Virus record (IMG/VR): IMGVR_UViG_3300030419_007010
Span: 64,001 to 128,000 of that record
Direction: 5' to 3' (one strand)
Source: a virus
Length of the DNA stretch: 64,000 nt
Under the pieces are notes generated by a model. It did not search any database. It was given only the letters and a program-made list of their open reading frames with translations, and had not been told where the DNA came from. Positions 12,901-21,400 of the stretch are shown here, in pieces (positions within the stretch are counted from its first letter, which is position 1; the number at the start of each line of letters is the position of its first letter). The position numbers and the translations under genes are program-made.

Positions 12901-14697
12901 TCTAGAAATGCCGTTATAAATGTTTTGATAAATAAGATTTTTTAAATCATGTAATTTCTCTTCGTATAAAGCGTGCTCGTTTCTATTATAATATTTTTCA
13001 AGAGCGGTGATGTCTTCAAACAATTCAGAAGTATCAAATCCGTAAGATTCCAGAAGATGATCAGAAAAAGGTCGAGGCTTATAGCTTAATTTATTTCCTA
13101 AACTACTAGATGGAAAACCGGCTTGTTTCAAATTAGGTAGATAATCGATCTGAAGCTGTAAGTTATCAAACACACTAGCCATTATATGTGTTAACTTCTT
13201 TAAATTATTACCATCTTTTTCTTCGTCCTCGTCAATAATCCAAGACGGAAAAGAGCGATAAATTGAAGAATTGTTACTGTAGTCCCATTCTTTAGCTTTT
13301 AAGGATGATGAACTAGCTAATTCTAAAACTTTTGGATGAAAAGAATAAACAATTGGATCTCGAAATTCTGTTGCCGAGGCGGAGGCTTCTACTATAGCAG
13401 AACTCACAACATTTCTGGAGCCAGAAGCGTATCCAACCCAAGAGCCGTTACTAATTCGACCGGAATAATCTAGTACCTTAGAATCAACAGAACCCGTTCC
13501 TGTGGCGCCTTCATTAAACTTATAATATACCCCCAGTTGTGTGTTAGCATCATCAGTATTTGTGCCTCCACCAACTTGAGTTCTCCAAAATCTGCCAATT
13601 TGTTTTGGAGTTCTTTCTGTTTTCCAATATCTAAATTCATCAATAGAGCCACTTAATTTGCCCCAGCCAGTAGAAGCATATGCTCCGGAAACACTAGTTG
13701 CTAAGGCCCCAATATAGCCTTTCATTGCTCCGGGGACAGAGCCTATGCTATTACCAAGAATTTTTTGCTCATGAAGTTGGCCGTCAACATATAGTCTCAA
13801 GCGCATGGCGCTGCCAGTATTGGCTACGGAGATAGCGTAATGTTTCCAAGTAGAACCAGTTATTGCTATATTACTACCGATAGACGTCGCTAAAGCGGCC
13901 GAAGAACCATCATAAATACCGCCGGCTGGACCACTAGTTGTTGTTCCGTGCGCGCCAGAAATAAGCGAAACCCAGAGTCTATCACCTGACCCTGTAGCTG
14001 ACGGGCGAGTTTCAACACGGAAGCGACCGTAGTCGTGATCACCAAAGTTTCCGCTATTCCATAAATCAAAGATAACTTGATTTGAAGATTCGTGTGGGCT
14101 TACAAATAAGCTTTTTTTCAACCAAAACTCAACAGTAGATCCCTTATCACCATCTAATAATAGATTGGATCCTCTATTAGAGGCAGTGTGAAATACATTT
14201 GCGGCTGGATGTTCATTGTAGGTTTTATTAAATCTACCGTCCTTCATATCTCCAGTCGGACTAGCATGAGGGCCGCCTTTAACTACAATAAATTCACCAA
14301 CACTGCTAGTAAAATAGCCTTGAGAACTATTTCCGAGCGTACCATAAGTTTTACCAATGTGGATATAACCTGTTCTTCTCGGGTACTCTCTCTCAAAAAT
14401 AAATTTATCTAAATATGAGGCAGAATTTTCCCATTCAAGCTTTTCTTTTAGCGAGCCGTCGTAAGGATACGTATTATATATTTTTTTAATAGAATTAGAA
14501 TAATACTGTTCAGCAGAGCCGTAGTGTGCAAAATTTTCAGGTTTAGAAAAATCAACCGGAGGAAGATACCTTTCTTTATCCTTGGCATGTGCAGTGAGAT
14601 AATCAACAGATTCTATACCATCAGTAAGAGTTTCTCTTGTTTTAGATGATAAAATTTTGCCTGTCTGATTCTTGTCAAAAAGATCCTTAATGCTCAT
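3982..14697 (-). CDS. Giant baseplate/receptor-binding protein (3571 aa) with LamG-like, gp7-like and MAM-like segments
   Basis: LamG/concanavalin-like motifs (STVEFWLKK, WKHYAIS, LYVDGQL, GSIDEFRYW, YYKFNEG). YKSKGTERALRNLIRCFG resembles the T4 gp7-type wedge motif. MAM signature (TPTFGTGPSG..GWYMYAETS..FRYHMFG..GDVAIDDV). Located downstream of the gp25- and gp6-like genes. Confidence 0.7.
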   Translation of the reverse strand: MSIKDLFDKNQTGKILSSKTRETLTDGIESVDYLTAHAKDKERYLPPVDFSKPENFAHYGSAEQYYSNSIKKIYNTYPYDGSLKEKLEWENSASYLDKFIFEREYPRRTGYIHIGKTYGTLGNSSQGYFTSSVGEFIVVKGGPHASPTGDMKDGRFNKTYNEHPAANVFHTASNRGSNLLLDGDKGSTVEFWLKKSLFVSPHESSNQVIFDLWNSGNFGDHDYGRFRVETRPSATGSGDRLWVSLISGAHGTTTSGPAGGIYDGSSAALATSIGSNIAITGSTWKHYAISVANTGSAMRLRLYVDGQLHEQKILGNSIGSVPGAMKGYIGALATSVSGAYASTGWGKLSGSIDEFRYWKTERTPKQIGRFWRTQVGGGTNTDDANTQLGVYYKFNEGATGTGSVDSKVLDYSGRISNGSWVGYASGSRNVVSSAIVEASASATEFRDPIVYSFHPKVLELASSSSLKAKEWDYSNNSSIYRSFPSWIIDEDEEKDGNNLKKLTHIMASVFDNLQLQIDYLPNLKQAGFPSSSLGNKLSYKPRPFSDHLLESYGFDTSELFEDITALEKYYNRNEHALYEEKLHDLKNLIYQNIYNGISRIYKSKGTERALRNLIRCFGIDDELLKINLYGNEVTYKLEENYRTISQAKKYADFNDYIYSAEDYSTDRAAYSAVVYQAANPIDSNTVSFISGTDVDSEKYLDGFSFTAEAEAIFPKPSQTKKYYISYPHLTCSVFGMNQVDSRLPTDQTTWHTGNVAQFNVYAVKPDKDSLDARFILTNENNDFFLSSSTYYDVFDNSKWNFAVSVRPKKHPFTDIVTGTKLSSSGPIHLPNALDDYILEFYGTNTEYGTIVDEFSLTSSLPYLTGNILVSAPKKVYAGALRTNTTGTILKESNAKISSVRYWLDYLTSSVIQAHARDALNFGSDNPYKNSYLFKSGISTTYADGKDGSYPFIPKMETLALNWDFSNVTGSDSTGIFYVNDFSSGSSLHADRYGRLSGILNNLHSGKGQYFVTSSHHVVDKIYTPSARQQLPEVLNSSDMVNILKRDDTTFTRETRPIQYYIAIEKSMYQTISEEILNFFSSVKDFSNLIGEPVNRYRQEYKSLEKLRQLFFERIHNTPDLDKYVEFYKWFDSSITKMIMNLIPASANTSGQVHNMVESHILERNKYWTKFPTLESKGKDPVAKVMGINELSYNWKYGHAPLPNSPLPENKNCFWWKERAERSQAEISSSVPGVNLDKESLLKTITTEVSASGPVLYDTSTSKAYEGSTYALRKLSKTYRFDVDKSVHVKGGPNSYENKKKDYYKNTLKWNDSNSFIRIHKNDFVENTDCNDITNPLTESKIKFKASTHMSTDSEYTTGKGELYVPFSLHSSSVTQGYVGDLAKNTMLDITNLHEDNYYGNTKETPLQGPFTEKYVGGLQYRHTELNYQDDKKSLDTESTRAEGWYLKVPIGGLYLNNFIDEGFEYGSSVPESLRASSSYLPTDWQNLGSTAIDPSGWISMSGSTPTFGTGPSGSYSSGWYMYAETSVPNTNGKTFGLVTPSIDPLDVVNNFSASFRYHMFGWDCGELKIQYSTDSAFGTATDLVTNWDGTSAISIAGQQQASAVAPWKLATVDLNSFKGTETPIYLRFLYTSGITHEGDVAIDDVNIVGDVIDSFRVYDVTYQDANRPRATHYRDEFAKRPVNIRNIKMTSSSPTRAGNYTDNYQVVQTQGRDVNNLWLVQGETGSAWQPSISTYVSGVLDFRLPDRSYLTSSTTNVRNRTVFAERFSAPGGPEVLSRGAMDITSETYSPYNALPWRNLSVRQPLRGFLTTHNRKFGFKMNDNTASIDFMSAGTASYHKIHRNAGYRRQLEPGTGQDGYASVVSASYDNYYIQHTIPRSERQYAWITASLNTHAQGESAPLGYATGAYSADKKSSEITFLAQSEVGSFLNNYARWTGATASMNKFIPVDFVGLNTNITDPITSNQNFLGHPASAHDSDSITSFAYQGALIHMGYAASHTSGQPEILGFGSILNQLLHHRNGPYGHPSWKQIRTGDHPVAKNLRKNNLHSVNVVEEEIKNTDIYTPMGNKIPGQKPEPPLGAPEGTYDFGTLEGMPGGYAPGNSEATVVEQASQISIFKNKLLFFTESAVTSRNKPIRTDFDPLGQGKGFSLKHTYDNNRAYYKNEYLNLINKTDAGKFSSNIPFPEKQTYDLLLPIIRDGSDQYGSETTIGDFRSLAYSMTIFPKDINTYIASKSRRPNYTELPGAAQDGPDAVAGYDSVNYRTFWRNSHSDRVRTDGTARNISGQKIDSGLLGGQTTGSIPYLFDTFPGDRVPIFSGTSHTPVQLSMWPLDDNTYGATLSASGPTMAAYGGGQCWLFYSGSHPTGPYAPAGYLEQGQSIDSNTLQGLRGSPGQLALDTTPLLKMGIPTASAYFNRDPYSNWFAVDADQDSDKYFYKFPLGSTSASSEWGYTDSGYGTTNLSYFYKNAPSGQKGWIKTAPYYRANKIAGRNPWYDSYEDYSEDIRRFGKDYAVLPEYKMSDKIDYYLESFDMIDFNPAAAASQIDESKALTVGSKTFVLDGAYKATSSYSPGSNALKPDWDMQFINDHCTTDSMVSLKKIHEDLTSLDPGQGTQQQDIVPTHIILRLDAIKKLLPYNGFYPATRTQQLAQLYQESINPFIRTTGTIGPHGEALYEAGKMQAAFQPLFAPGILFNSIKSGIAVDWPNYILNAPATNEGENSNWGGATGFNMTNNWASGSSLSTDPDYRVPFESLVNLDRLVPNAIGFDLNGLPKMIARSSPLIEPTFGSASGPSAGSSDDYGQSFDWNYGSVHSFVWDDKKRNKQFEIAMNNFIAEVPNFFLKSRGRNGIFSADSSQMNTPEVGKTYYMEVVLEKIEHPVTYDLVMAEGPRDQLILSRFTGAFSPNTAEHGYLNHQWNFADPQAGPRKGYIFGPPAARSASANAGKDVYPNRPDVDTVHWPHASRGWRQLTGSSDFDHVVQSIASRPSGSTSGSADRFFNNSEMDPAYAMYTPPYYYGKSVAQIRWTAPDSEEGGANAVSIDEIMSQIQGSSVTDKVGVSYYNEYDSIIVPNSNASFDLLSPQRQSDIVKDQDGNRTGVHIRAKDLLHPYSIAAKNTMAITASLNLFDKIPVKQVQYGALAGPDGKFGVKGYSDSDGFDKIAWAIRPKWECPVICVSASSYDSGYNHDVESGPYFSKRTGRSIWNSYANVHSEDPSQWIYEGGKPIKKGIKYYLREAIDQNDPNYDINKSGSLIQLLKFDSMTNMNSIADSTGDTEIEKRVGELADSAEVAECIVAIPYVEEPIENLTVQPFRKVSNGHIINAIPINQNSYYHQFLNLRNPEVDYVAIEGSVKRSRTSISDLIKNMRKYIFPPMIDFYSQGLSESNLSEYSETKVSDAFGSVNTSQGILPFVMYTFEITSKLDKKDLGDIWQNIMPKQATAAEQEFSVKSHGINKSTDRWEFFGMLDQIKSYMPGGNKIEYYDGPDIPDDSPAGNKSSLEKIFNQELKWLVFKVKKRANNRYESLMDMDAFKDNDTVSIKEKISYNWPHDFYSLSELNKLTAEIMFGPRSED

Positions 14698-16234
14698 TCT
14701 TTTCTACTCTAAACTTAAATGATTCTGGCTGTTCTTGATACGTGCCATTAATATAATACGAAAACTTTAATTCATACATGTACCCTGGTTCCAACAAAGA
14801 CATATCAAAATCTAAATAACTTCCTGATACATCGTATGACATTTTAGTATACTTTAAATGTCCGCTTCCTGTGCCATACGGAATTACTTCTAAGTTATCT
14901 TCTACTCTCACAATTTTGTAAAAAGCGTCTTCAATAATCTGTGTTGGAATTTCTTTAGTAACCTTTGTGTAAACCGAAGGACACCAGTCTTTATCTCTAA
15001 TAAATAATCTTAATTTTGGTTCTTCTTTATCATTATATGCTGATTTTAAGTCTAAGACAGACGTAACATATTTATTAGTTGGATTAATATTTGAACCTTC
15101 TAAAGTTTTTGGTACGATGGTTCCTGTATGATAATTTCTACTCCCTCCTGCATTTGGACTAGAGGTAGAGCCAGTGTACCATACATCAAATAATCGTGTT
15201 AATGGAGTCGATGCAGCAGTCAATGCAAAAGATGCAGAGTATATTCCGGTAGAAACATATGCGCCCGTAATAACAGTGGGAGTGTGTGAATTAACATGTA
15301 CTCCATCTGCGGTAGGTGTCAAAGCGAAAGTTGACGGACCATCGTTATGTAATGTTCCAGAGAAGATCTGTACATAAATTGCTTCTTTAGTTGTGCCGGC
15401 ATCTGGAATATTCTTTAGCTGCCCTCTAACAAAGTTGTACAAATAAATAGAATTTAAATTATCATCCCCAGTTGCTAATGAGCTGCTGTAGAAAAAGTTT
15501 CCTCTTTGATCTGATTTTGATGAATCCCATCTTGCTTCAATATTTGGTCTCTTGAAAAAATATTCAGAGCCGCGGCCAAAAAACTTTTTGGTGTAATATG
15601 ATTTTTCATCGTCACCAGATTGAGTTAACTCTTGAGAATCTATAAGTTTTACGGCGACGCCATAGTTGGTAAACCCGCTACCATCGCCGGTTCCTGTTCC
15701 AGATGAACCTATTAACCATTTCTCGACTAATGGAGAAATATCAACCTCTAAGTTTTCGGTTCCTCCAGAGAAGGATTGAGTAAATTTTGTGCCGGCATGA
15801 AAATCTCCGCCGGCGGTCGACCACGTAACATCATTAGATGAACTTACCCAGTTAGTGGCCCCTGTATCTTTATATTCTTCCATATCTAACCCAGTACCTT
15901 CGTCCCACGAAGCGGAAATTGGAAGAATTTCTAGAGTAAAATCTCTAGGTAATGTTTGTGTGTGCTTGGCGTTGTAGAGCCTTAAAAAGAAATCAACACT
16001 ACCACTAGCCGGGATTGCCCCGTCGTCGCGAGAAGCAGAAAGCGCACTAATGTCAAACTGCACTAAAGCACGCGAAGCCTCCAAAGAACCAGTGTCAGAT
16101 TGTGCAAATATAGAAAAAACTTCCATAACATCAGAAGCACCCATATTTGAAGCAGTTGCTCGGGTAATTAAGTTTTGTTTGAAAGCATTAGTTATTGTTG
16201 TATCTTTTGTAGCAAAAAATCTTTTTATAGCCAT
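14687..16234 (-). CDS. Virion protein with N-terminal DNRLRE-like (carbohydrate-binding) domain (515 aa)
   Basis: KDTTITNA...NMGASDVMEV...SRALVQFDIS...FLRLYNA...SWDEGTG...W..AGGDF pattern typical of DNRLRE-domain proteins; follows the gp6-like wedge gene. Confidence 0.6.
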   Translation of the reverse strand: MAIKRFFATKDTTITNAFKQNLITRATASNMGASDVMEVFSIFAQSDTGSLEASRALVQFDISALSASRDDGAIPASGSVDFFLRLYNAKHTQTLPRDFTLEILPISASWDEGTGLDMEEYKDTGATNWVSSSNDVTWSTAGGDFHAGTKFTQSFSGGTENLEVDISPLVEKWLIGSSGTGTGDGSGFTNYGVAVKLIDSQELTQSGDDEKSYYTKKFFGRGSEYFFKRPNIEARWDSSKSDQRGNFFYSSSLATGDDNLNSIYLYNFVRGQLKNIPDAGTTKEAIYVQIFSGTLHNDGPSTFALTPTADGVHVNSHTPTVITGAYVSTGIYSASFALTAASTPLTRLFDVWYTGSTSSPNAGGSRNYHTGTIVPKTLEGSNINPTNKYVTSVLDLKSAYNDKEEPKLRLFIRDKDWCPSVYTKVTKEIPTQIIEDAFYKIVRVEDNLEVIPYGTGSGHLKYTKMSYDVSGSYLDFDMSLLEPGYMYELKFSYYINGTYQEQPESFKFRVEKNEH

Positions 16235-16235
16235 T

Positions 16236-18035
16236 TTATCTAATTGTGCCCTTAATATCTTTGTTCGGATATCTTAGTTCTATTACTGCATCTTCTGGTG
16301 TTATTAACATCCTACCGTCTGGGGAAAGATTTTGATCAATTCCATATACTGACTCGGAGTAGTTACCTCCAGATTTATTTTTTATTCTCACACTTACCAC
16401 GTCTACGATACCCGGTGTATCATTAATAACATTATATATATCAGTTATATACATCGGTTCTCCCAGATCATAAGGTCTAGAAAATTTATTAGTCAAATTT
16501 ATTATGCACCGATTTAAAAGATCATATTTGTTGACCCCAACATCCGATACTGCTGTAAAGTCTATTCCTATATTAATAACTTTTCCATCCAAAATATCAA
16601 TTGTATCATTAATCATTTTATGCTGATTTAACCAAACTTTTAAATTTTGTTTAATAGTCGCGTTTGCTTTGGTTAAAAATCTATCAGTTCCTTGCATTAA
16701 AACATATAAATTAATATTTCTCTTAAACGAATCATTGTCATGTGTCAAATTACATCTCTTAATAGAACCAAATCTTGCCGGCATTTGGTACACCAAACTA
16801 CTATAGTCTTGCTTTGTTACTGCTCGGTTTTGAGAAGCAAAGAAATCTAGGGCATTTCTTTTTAGTTCTTGAGAATTGGTTGTTAATATGCCGCCTAATA
16901 TTGGTTCTGGATTTGTAACTTCCAGAGAGTCTTTAACTGCGAATTTAGTAGCTGTCGAAATTGCTTCTTTGGAAAATCTAAATATACCTGTCGAAACAGA
17001 ATCCACGGCGCCGGCGGCAGAGTTAACATCGTCTCTATTGTTTGCTCGGTATGTTACAGTCAAGCTAGTATTAGAAGGAGCAATACCAAATTTATCAGAT
17101 TCTAAAATTTTCGAAGGATCGAAATATTTATTAACTTCATAATTTCTTCCGTGTTGTTGCATAACAACTTCACTTGGGTGTCTTACTGAATCTCTGACAT
17201 TTTCTCTATCTGACCCATATCCAAATTGCAAAAATATCTGTGCGCCTTCGCGTTCTACAACATATCTTCTAGGGACAGGAACAGCTTTCAAAATTGATGG
17301 GGCTGTTATTTTGTCTTTATTTCTATTCTTCAGAGCCTTAAACACTATATTTTGTGACAAATAATCCACTTCAAAATATTCATGACCTTCAGAATCCACA
17401 ACCGACATTATTTCTGTCACGTTTCTTACAGGCAATTCTACCTTTAAAAATCTTTCAAAATCGCCAACTGGCAATATTTGTGTTGCTAGCTGTCCGGACA
17501 TTACCTGTCCGCTTGATTTAATCGCAAACTCTGTGGGATATCCGGTCGTTTCATTAACAGTAGCTGGAACGATTTCGTTGTTAGGGTGCGAAAAATCAAT
17601 ATCTTCAACTAAAGTATATTGAACTCCTGAAGTCGACGAAAACGTCGTGCCTTTTCTCAATATTGGTATATAATCTGTGTCCGGGCCTGTGGATTCTGCG
17701 TTGGAGGGTACAATTACGAACACAGAAACTTCCCCATGGGAGGCGATGGCGCCCTCTCTCTTGTATCCCAAAGTTCTAGCATGCTTCAAAATATTTTGAA
17801 ATTCTGTTGCTGTAGACATAAATGTCTCATTAACATTGTAATCCAAATAAAATGATAATATATCACCAACATAAGCAACCGTATCAAACATTAGAGAGGC
17901 GAAACTGGCGTCGTTAAAATCCTTAACAGTGTCAGGATAATATATTTTTGCATATTCAAGCAGTTCTTTCTTAATAGTTTCAAAATCTCTGCTTGTATAA
18001 TCAATTGGTGCTAGCTCTTTAATTTTATTTGCCAT
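16236..18035 (-). CDS. Baseplate wedge subunit (T4 gp6 / baseplate J-like), 599 aa
   Basis: IDYTSRDFETIKKELLEY...DFNDASFASLMFDTVAYVGDILSFYLD, LQFGYG, FFASQNRAVTKQDY; adjacent to a gp25-like gene. Confidence 0.9.
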   Translation of the reverse strand: MANKIKELAPIDYTSRDFETIKKELLEYAKIYYPDTVKDFNDASFASLMFDTVAYVGDILSFYLDYNVNETFMSTATEFQNILKHARTLGYKREGAIASHGEVSVFVIVPSNAESTGPDTDYIPILRKGTTFSSTSGVQYTLVEDIDFSHPNNEIVPATVNETTGYPTEFAIKSSGQVMSGQLATQILPVGDFERFLKVELPVRNVTEIMSVVDSEGHEYFEVDYLSQNIVFKALKNRNKDKITAPSILKAVPVPRRYVVEREGAQIFLQFGYGSDRENVRDSVRHPSEVVMQQHGRNYEVNKYFDPSKILESDKFGIAPSNTSLTVTYRANNRDDVNSAAGAVDSVSTGIFRFSKEAISTATKFAVKDSLEVTNPEPILGGILTTNSQELKRNALDFFASQNRAVTKQDYSSLVYQMPARFGSIKRCNLTHDNDSFKRNINLYVLMQGTDRFLTKANATIKQNLKVWLNQHKMINDTIDILDGKVINIGIDFTAVSDVGVNKYDLLNRCIINLTNKFSRPYDLGEPMYITDIYNVINDTPGIVDVVSVRIKNKSGGNYSESVYGIDQNLSPDGRMLITPEDAVIELRYPNKDIKGTIR

Positions 18036-18052
18036 ATCAAATACCCTGTAAC

Positions 18053-18059
18053 TAAATAG
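18053..18059 (-). promoter_or_regulatory. Candidate late promoter motif CTATTTA, 17 nt upstream of the gp6-like start
   Basis: One of four CTAnWTA copies 17-18 nt before start codons in intergenic gaps; function is inferred. Confidence 0.55.
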
Positions 18060-18064
18060 TATTA

Positions 18065-18466
18065 TTAAACATTATTTATAAACAATGTGTCTGTAACAGA
18101 TAATGGCAAAATATGATATTTTATTTTAATAGATATCATGTGCGGGTCTTGCCAATCTTCCAATATTTTTTGATCGGATCCGGGAGAAAAATCTACATCC
18201 ATAATTTTTATAAATGGCATGTATTTTTCTACTTGAGTTTGTAACGTTGCCGGAAAGTCAAAATGAAAGGTTTCTTTGAATTCAAATAAGAATCTTTTTA
18301 TTCCTACTCCGAATTCAGGATCCATAATTCTTTCTCCTGGATTTGTTAAAACTAAAGTTTTAAAATCTTGTGCAATAGCTTCTTTATAAATCTTAATTAA
18401 CCTATACGGTCCATCTTTTGGATCATAAATTAAAGGTAATTTTGGACTTATCCCGTGAATAGACAT
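18065..18466 (-). CDS. Baseplate wedge subunit, GPW/gp25 family (133 aa)
   Basis: IAQDFKTLVLTNPGERIMDPEFGVGIKRFLFE...QVEKYMPFI is the gp25-family signature. Confidence 0.92.
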   Translation of the reverse strand: MSIHGISPKLPLIYDPKDGPYRLIKIYKEAIAQDFKTLVLTNPGERIMDPEFGVGIKRFLFEFKETFHFDFPATLQTQVEKYMPFIKIMDVDFSPGSDQKILEDWQDPHMISIKIKYHILPLSVTDTLFINNV

Positions 18467-18484
18467 AAGGAACCCTCTTGATAA

Positions 18485-18491
18485 TATCTAG
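18485..18491 (-). promoter_or_regulatory. Candidate late promoter motif CTAGATA, 18 nt upstream of the gp25-like start
   Basis: Same consensus and spacing as the copies at 18053, 61447 and 61458; followed by an AGAGGG SD-like sequence. Confidence 0.5.
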
Positions 18492-18497
18492 TTTGTT

Positions 18498-21400
18498 CTA
18501 ACATTCTTCACCTTCTTCGGAAAGTTCTTTTTCTGTTTCTATAGTCTCTACTTCTTCATTTAGCCACTTGTCATAATCATCTCCGAATCCTAACGAAACC
18601 ATTATTAGGTGAATAAACCCTAGAGGCGTAATAGGGGGACCGACGCCCGGGCCCATGGGTGGCGGGGCCCAGCCAATAAATCCTGCACCATATGGAATAG
18701 TTGACGGGAACAGCAAGAAACAGATTATTGGAAGCAAATATGGATCTACTGCTTTCATCGTATTTCTAGTTTTTCTAACAGCCACTCTAAATTCTAAATC
18801 TAACTCAGCTAGTGGATGTATACCCGCTGTCGCATTCTCATATCCCGGCCATGCGCTTCGGCGGGGATCCCCCTCTTGATCAAGAGTTGGTTCTATCCTA
18901 GTTCCTTCCTGGCCGGATTGTCCAGGTAAATAATTGGGTGCTATATAAATTTTTGTTTCTGGCGGCTTAATCCAGTCTTTTTCATTATCATAAAATTGTG
19001 GATAATCTTCTTTAGGATAATTATCTTCGAGAGTTTTTCCGGTCCCGTCGGGAACATCGCCTTTATATTCTCCGTAAAGAAGAGTCAAAGCATCAACCAA
19101 GGCTTGTTTTTTATTTGCCAAATCTTCTTTTAAATCTTGTAATTCTTGTTTTTTAACTTCTTTTTCTACTTGTTGTTCTGCATTAAATGTTGGCATTGCT
19201 TCCACCTGCTGTTCCATAGGTGGAATAGTTTGCTCTATTTGCTTAATTATCATAAAAAGGCCGTCGACTAAGCCCTTGTTAAAATCTACTACAGTCGCAT
19301 GCGCATCGAATGCTGCTTTTTTAACTTCTTCGGCAACTTTAAGAGAAGTTTCAACAATTAATATTATAGCATCGTTAATAGCTTTACCTGTCATAACACA
19401 GGGATCCGTAATTTCGGCCAAGGCTTTCAAAATTAATTTTGGAGTTTCCTTTACAATAGCTTTGAGCTGGTCTTCTAGAGGATTTTCTGGGAATCGACCG
19501 GTTGTAGAAGTGAAGTTTTGCATCTGGCTAAAGCCGACTGGGCCGCCAAAACTATTAATGAAGGGTACTCCGTCCGACAACTTGTCTACATCTCCAAGCA
19601 TATTTCTCATAAATGATAGAATAATTGTCTTTGTTCCGGTAAACTTGCTTAAGTCTTTAATATCAGTATTTGCGTATGAAGCATAAAAAGCATTCAATAA
19701 CAACATTCTTTCGTATTTGAATACATGTTTGAATAAAAATTTAAAATCATCAGACGCATAAAGATTTTTTAAAAGTTTACTATACGCACCAATGGTGCCC
19801 TTATAATACATTGTAACTAACTTATTATCTCCTAGATCACTAATCTTCAAATCCGAAGATTTTGGAGCTAGATCCGCGGCGCGTTCGCACAACTCTTCTG
19901 AAAATTTCCAAACAGGAATTTTTACGTCTGCTAGAGGTATCTTTGTAAACGCGTATCGTTGATTTGCAAGCTCATCCGAACTTTCAGTTTCTGGTGTTCT
20001 ATCTACGGCTCCTAGAAAAGTTTTATGTACCCAAGAAACTCGGCCGATATCTCCTTCATCATAATGATAATCCATGTCGTCCTGTATTTCACCTAAAAGA
20101 TCACATACACCTTTCGCGGTTTGACGAACTAGTGGTGTTTCCGCGCCCACGTATCCATATTTATCATCAGAAAAATAAAGAGGAAATTGATATACTAATC
20201 TTAAACCAAAACAAAAATTATTAAAATAATCATCTACTTTTGAAGTTTCATCTTCAGAAGAGTTTATATACTCTGACATTATTTTGCCCCAAGTATTTAA
20301 ATCAGCGACGCCATATTCATGTATTTTTTCTTTTTTAGCACTAACATTTAAAGAATAGCCAACTACCTCGCCGTTAACTGTAACCTCATTTTCATTAAGA
20401 AGATCCATAAATTTTGGTTTCTTTTTGTTGTATACATCATAAACATTAGCGTCAAGCGTGCTTTCGCCTGCAGTTTCGCTTTCTTTGTGATCAATCCAAA
20501 TATAGGGCTCAAGAACAAACATTCCCGGGTGATCTTTAATCGGCAGATACGCCGAAGATGGGTGTACGCCTGCATCAGAAGTTAAATTGCCACCATTTTT
20601 TTGGTTTGATGGATCCCAAATAATATTTCCTTCATAATCTTCTTGAAGTAGTTTTCTAAAGTCAGCCGAAGGGTTCCAAAACTCATGTCTATCATAGCGT
20701 ACACCTTTATTAATAATATGACTAGGCATAGAGGTGTCAGCTTCTCCAGTCGCGAACTCATTACCGGAACCAAACTTTACTAAATTGGTTACTCCGGCCA
20801 TGGCCGGCCACGTTTTAGAGTTCGTTGCCGGTGATGTAGCAATTGGACCCGGCTCGGTCGACTTATAGCCTCGATCCATCTCACCGACCCATTTAAATAA
20901 ATCCAAATGATTTCTAACTCTTGGAATAAATTTATGTTTCTTTTTATTTGATTTGAACACATTCCAAACAACTTCCACGACTTCTGAATATTCTTGTTTT
21001 AATAAAGTTTTAAACGCGTCGTCGCCGTTGGGCAAAGTGTGTTTTTCGCCCAGGAGATGCATGTGTCCGTCTGCGAATTGAACTAAATAATTTTTAATAA
21101 GGTGAGCATGTCCTGGGTGATCACCTTCTACAATTTCTTTAGCATACCCATTACCTTCCTCGTCGATAACATAAGTATGCACATGGGATATTTCACCATC
21201 AGGAGCGGGGGTCTCAGGGTGCTCTCTTGTTTTTCCGGCGCCGGCGGAAATCGTTTCTTTAATAATCTCTTTTGACTGTTCTAAAATAAACTCAAATATA
21301 TCCGGAACATCTAGCAAAGAGTTTTGTTCTTCTAAAATTGCGTTTTTTATTCTCGCGAAAGTCTGTTCAATAAAGAAATCATCATACAAGAGATTTTTAA

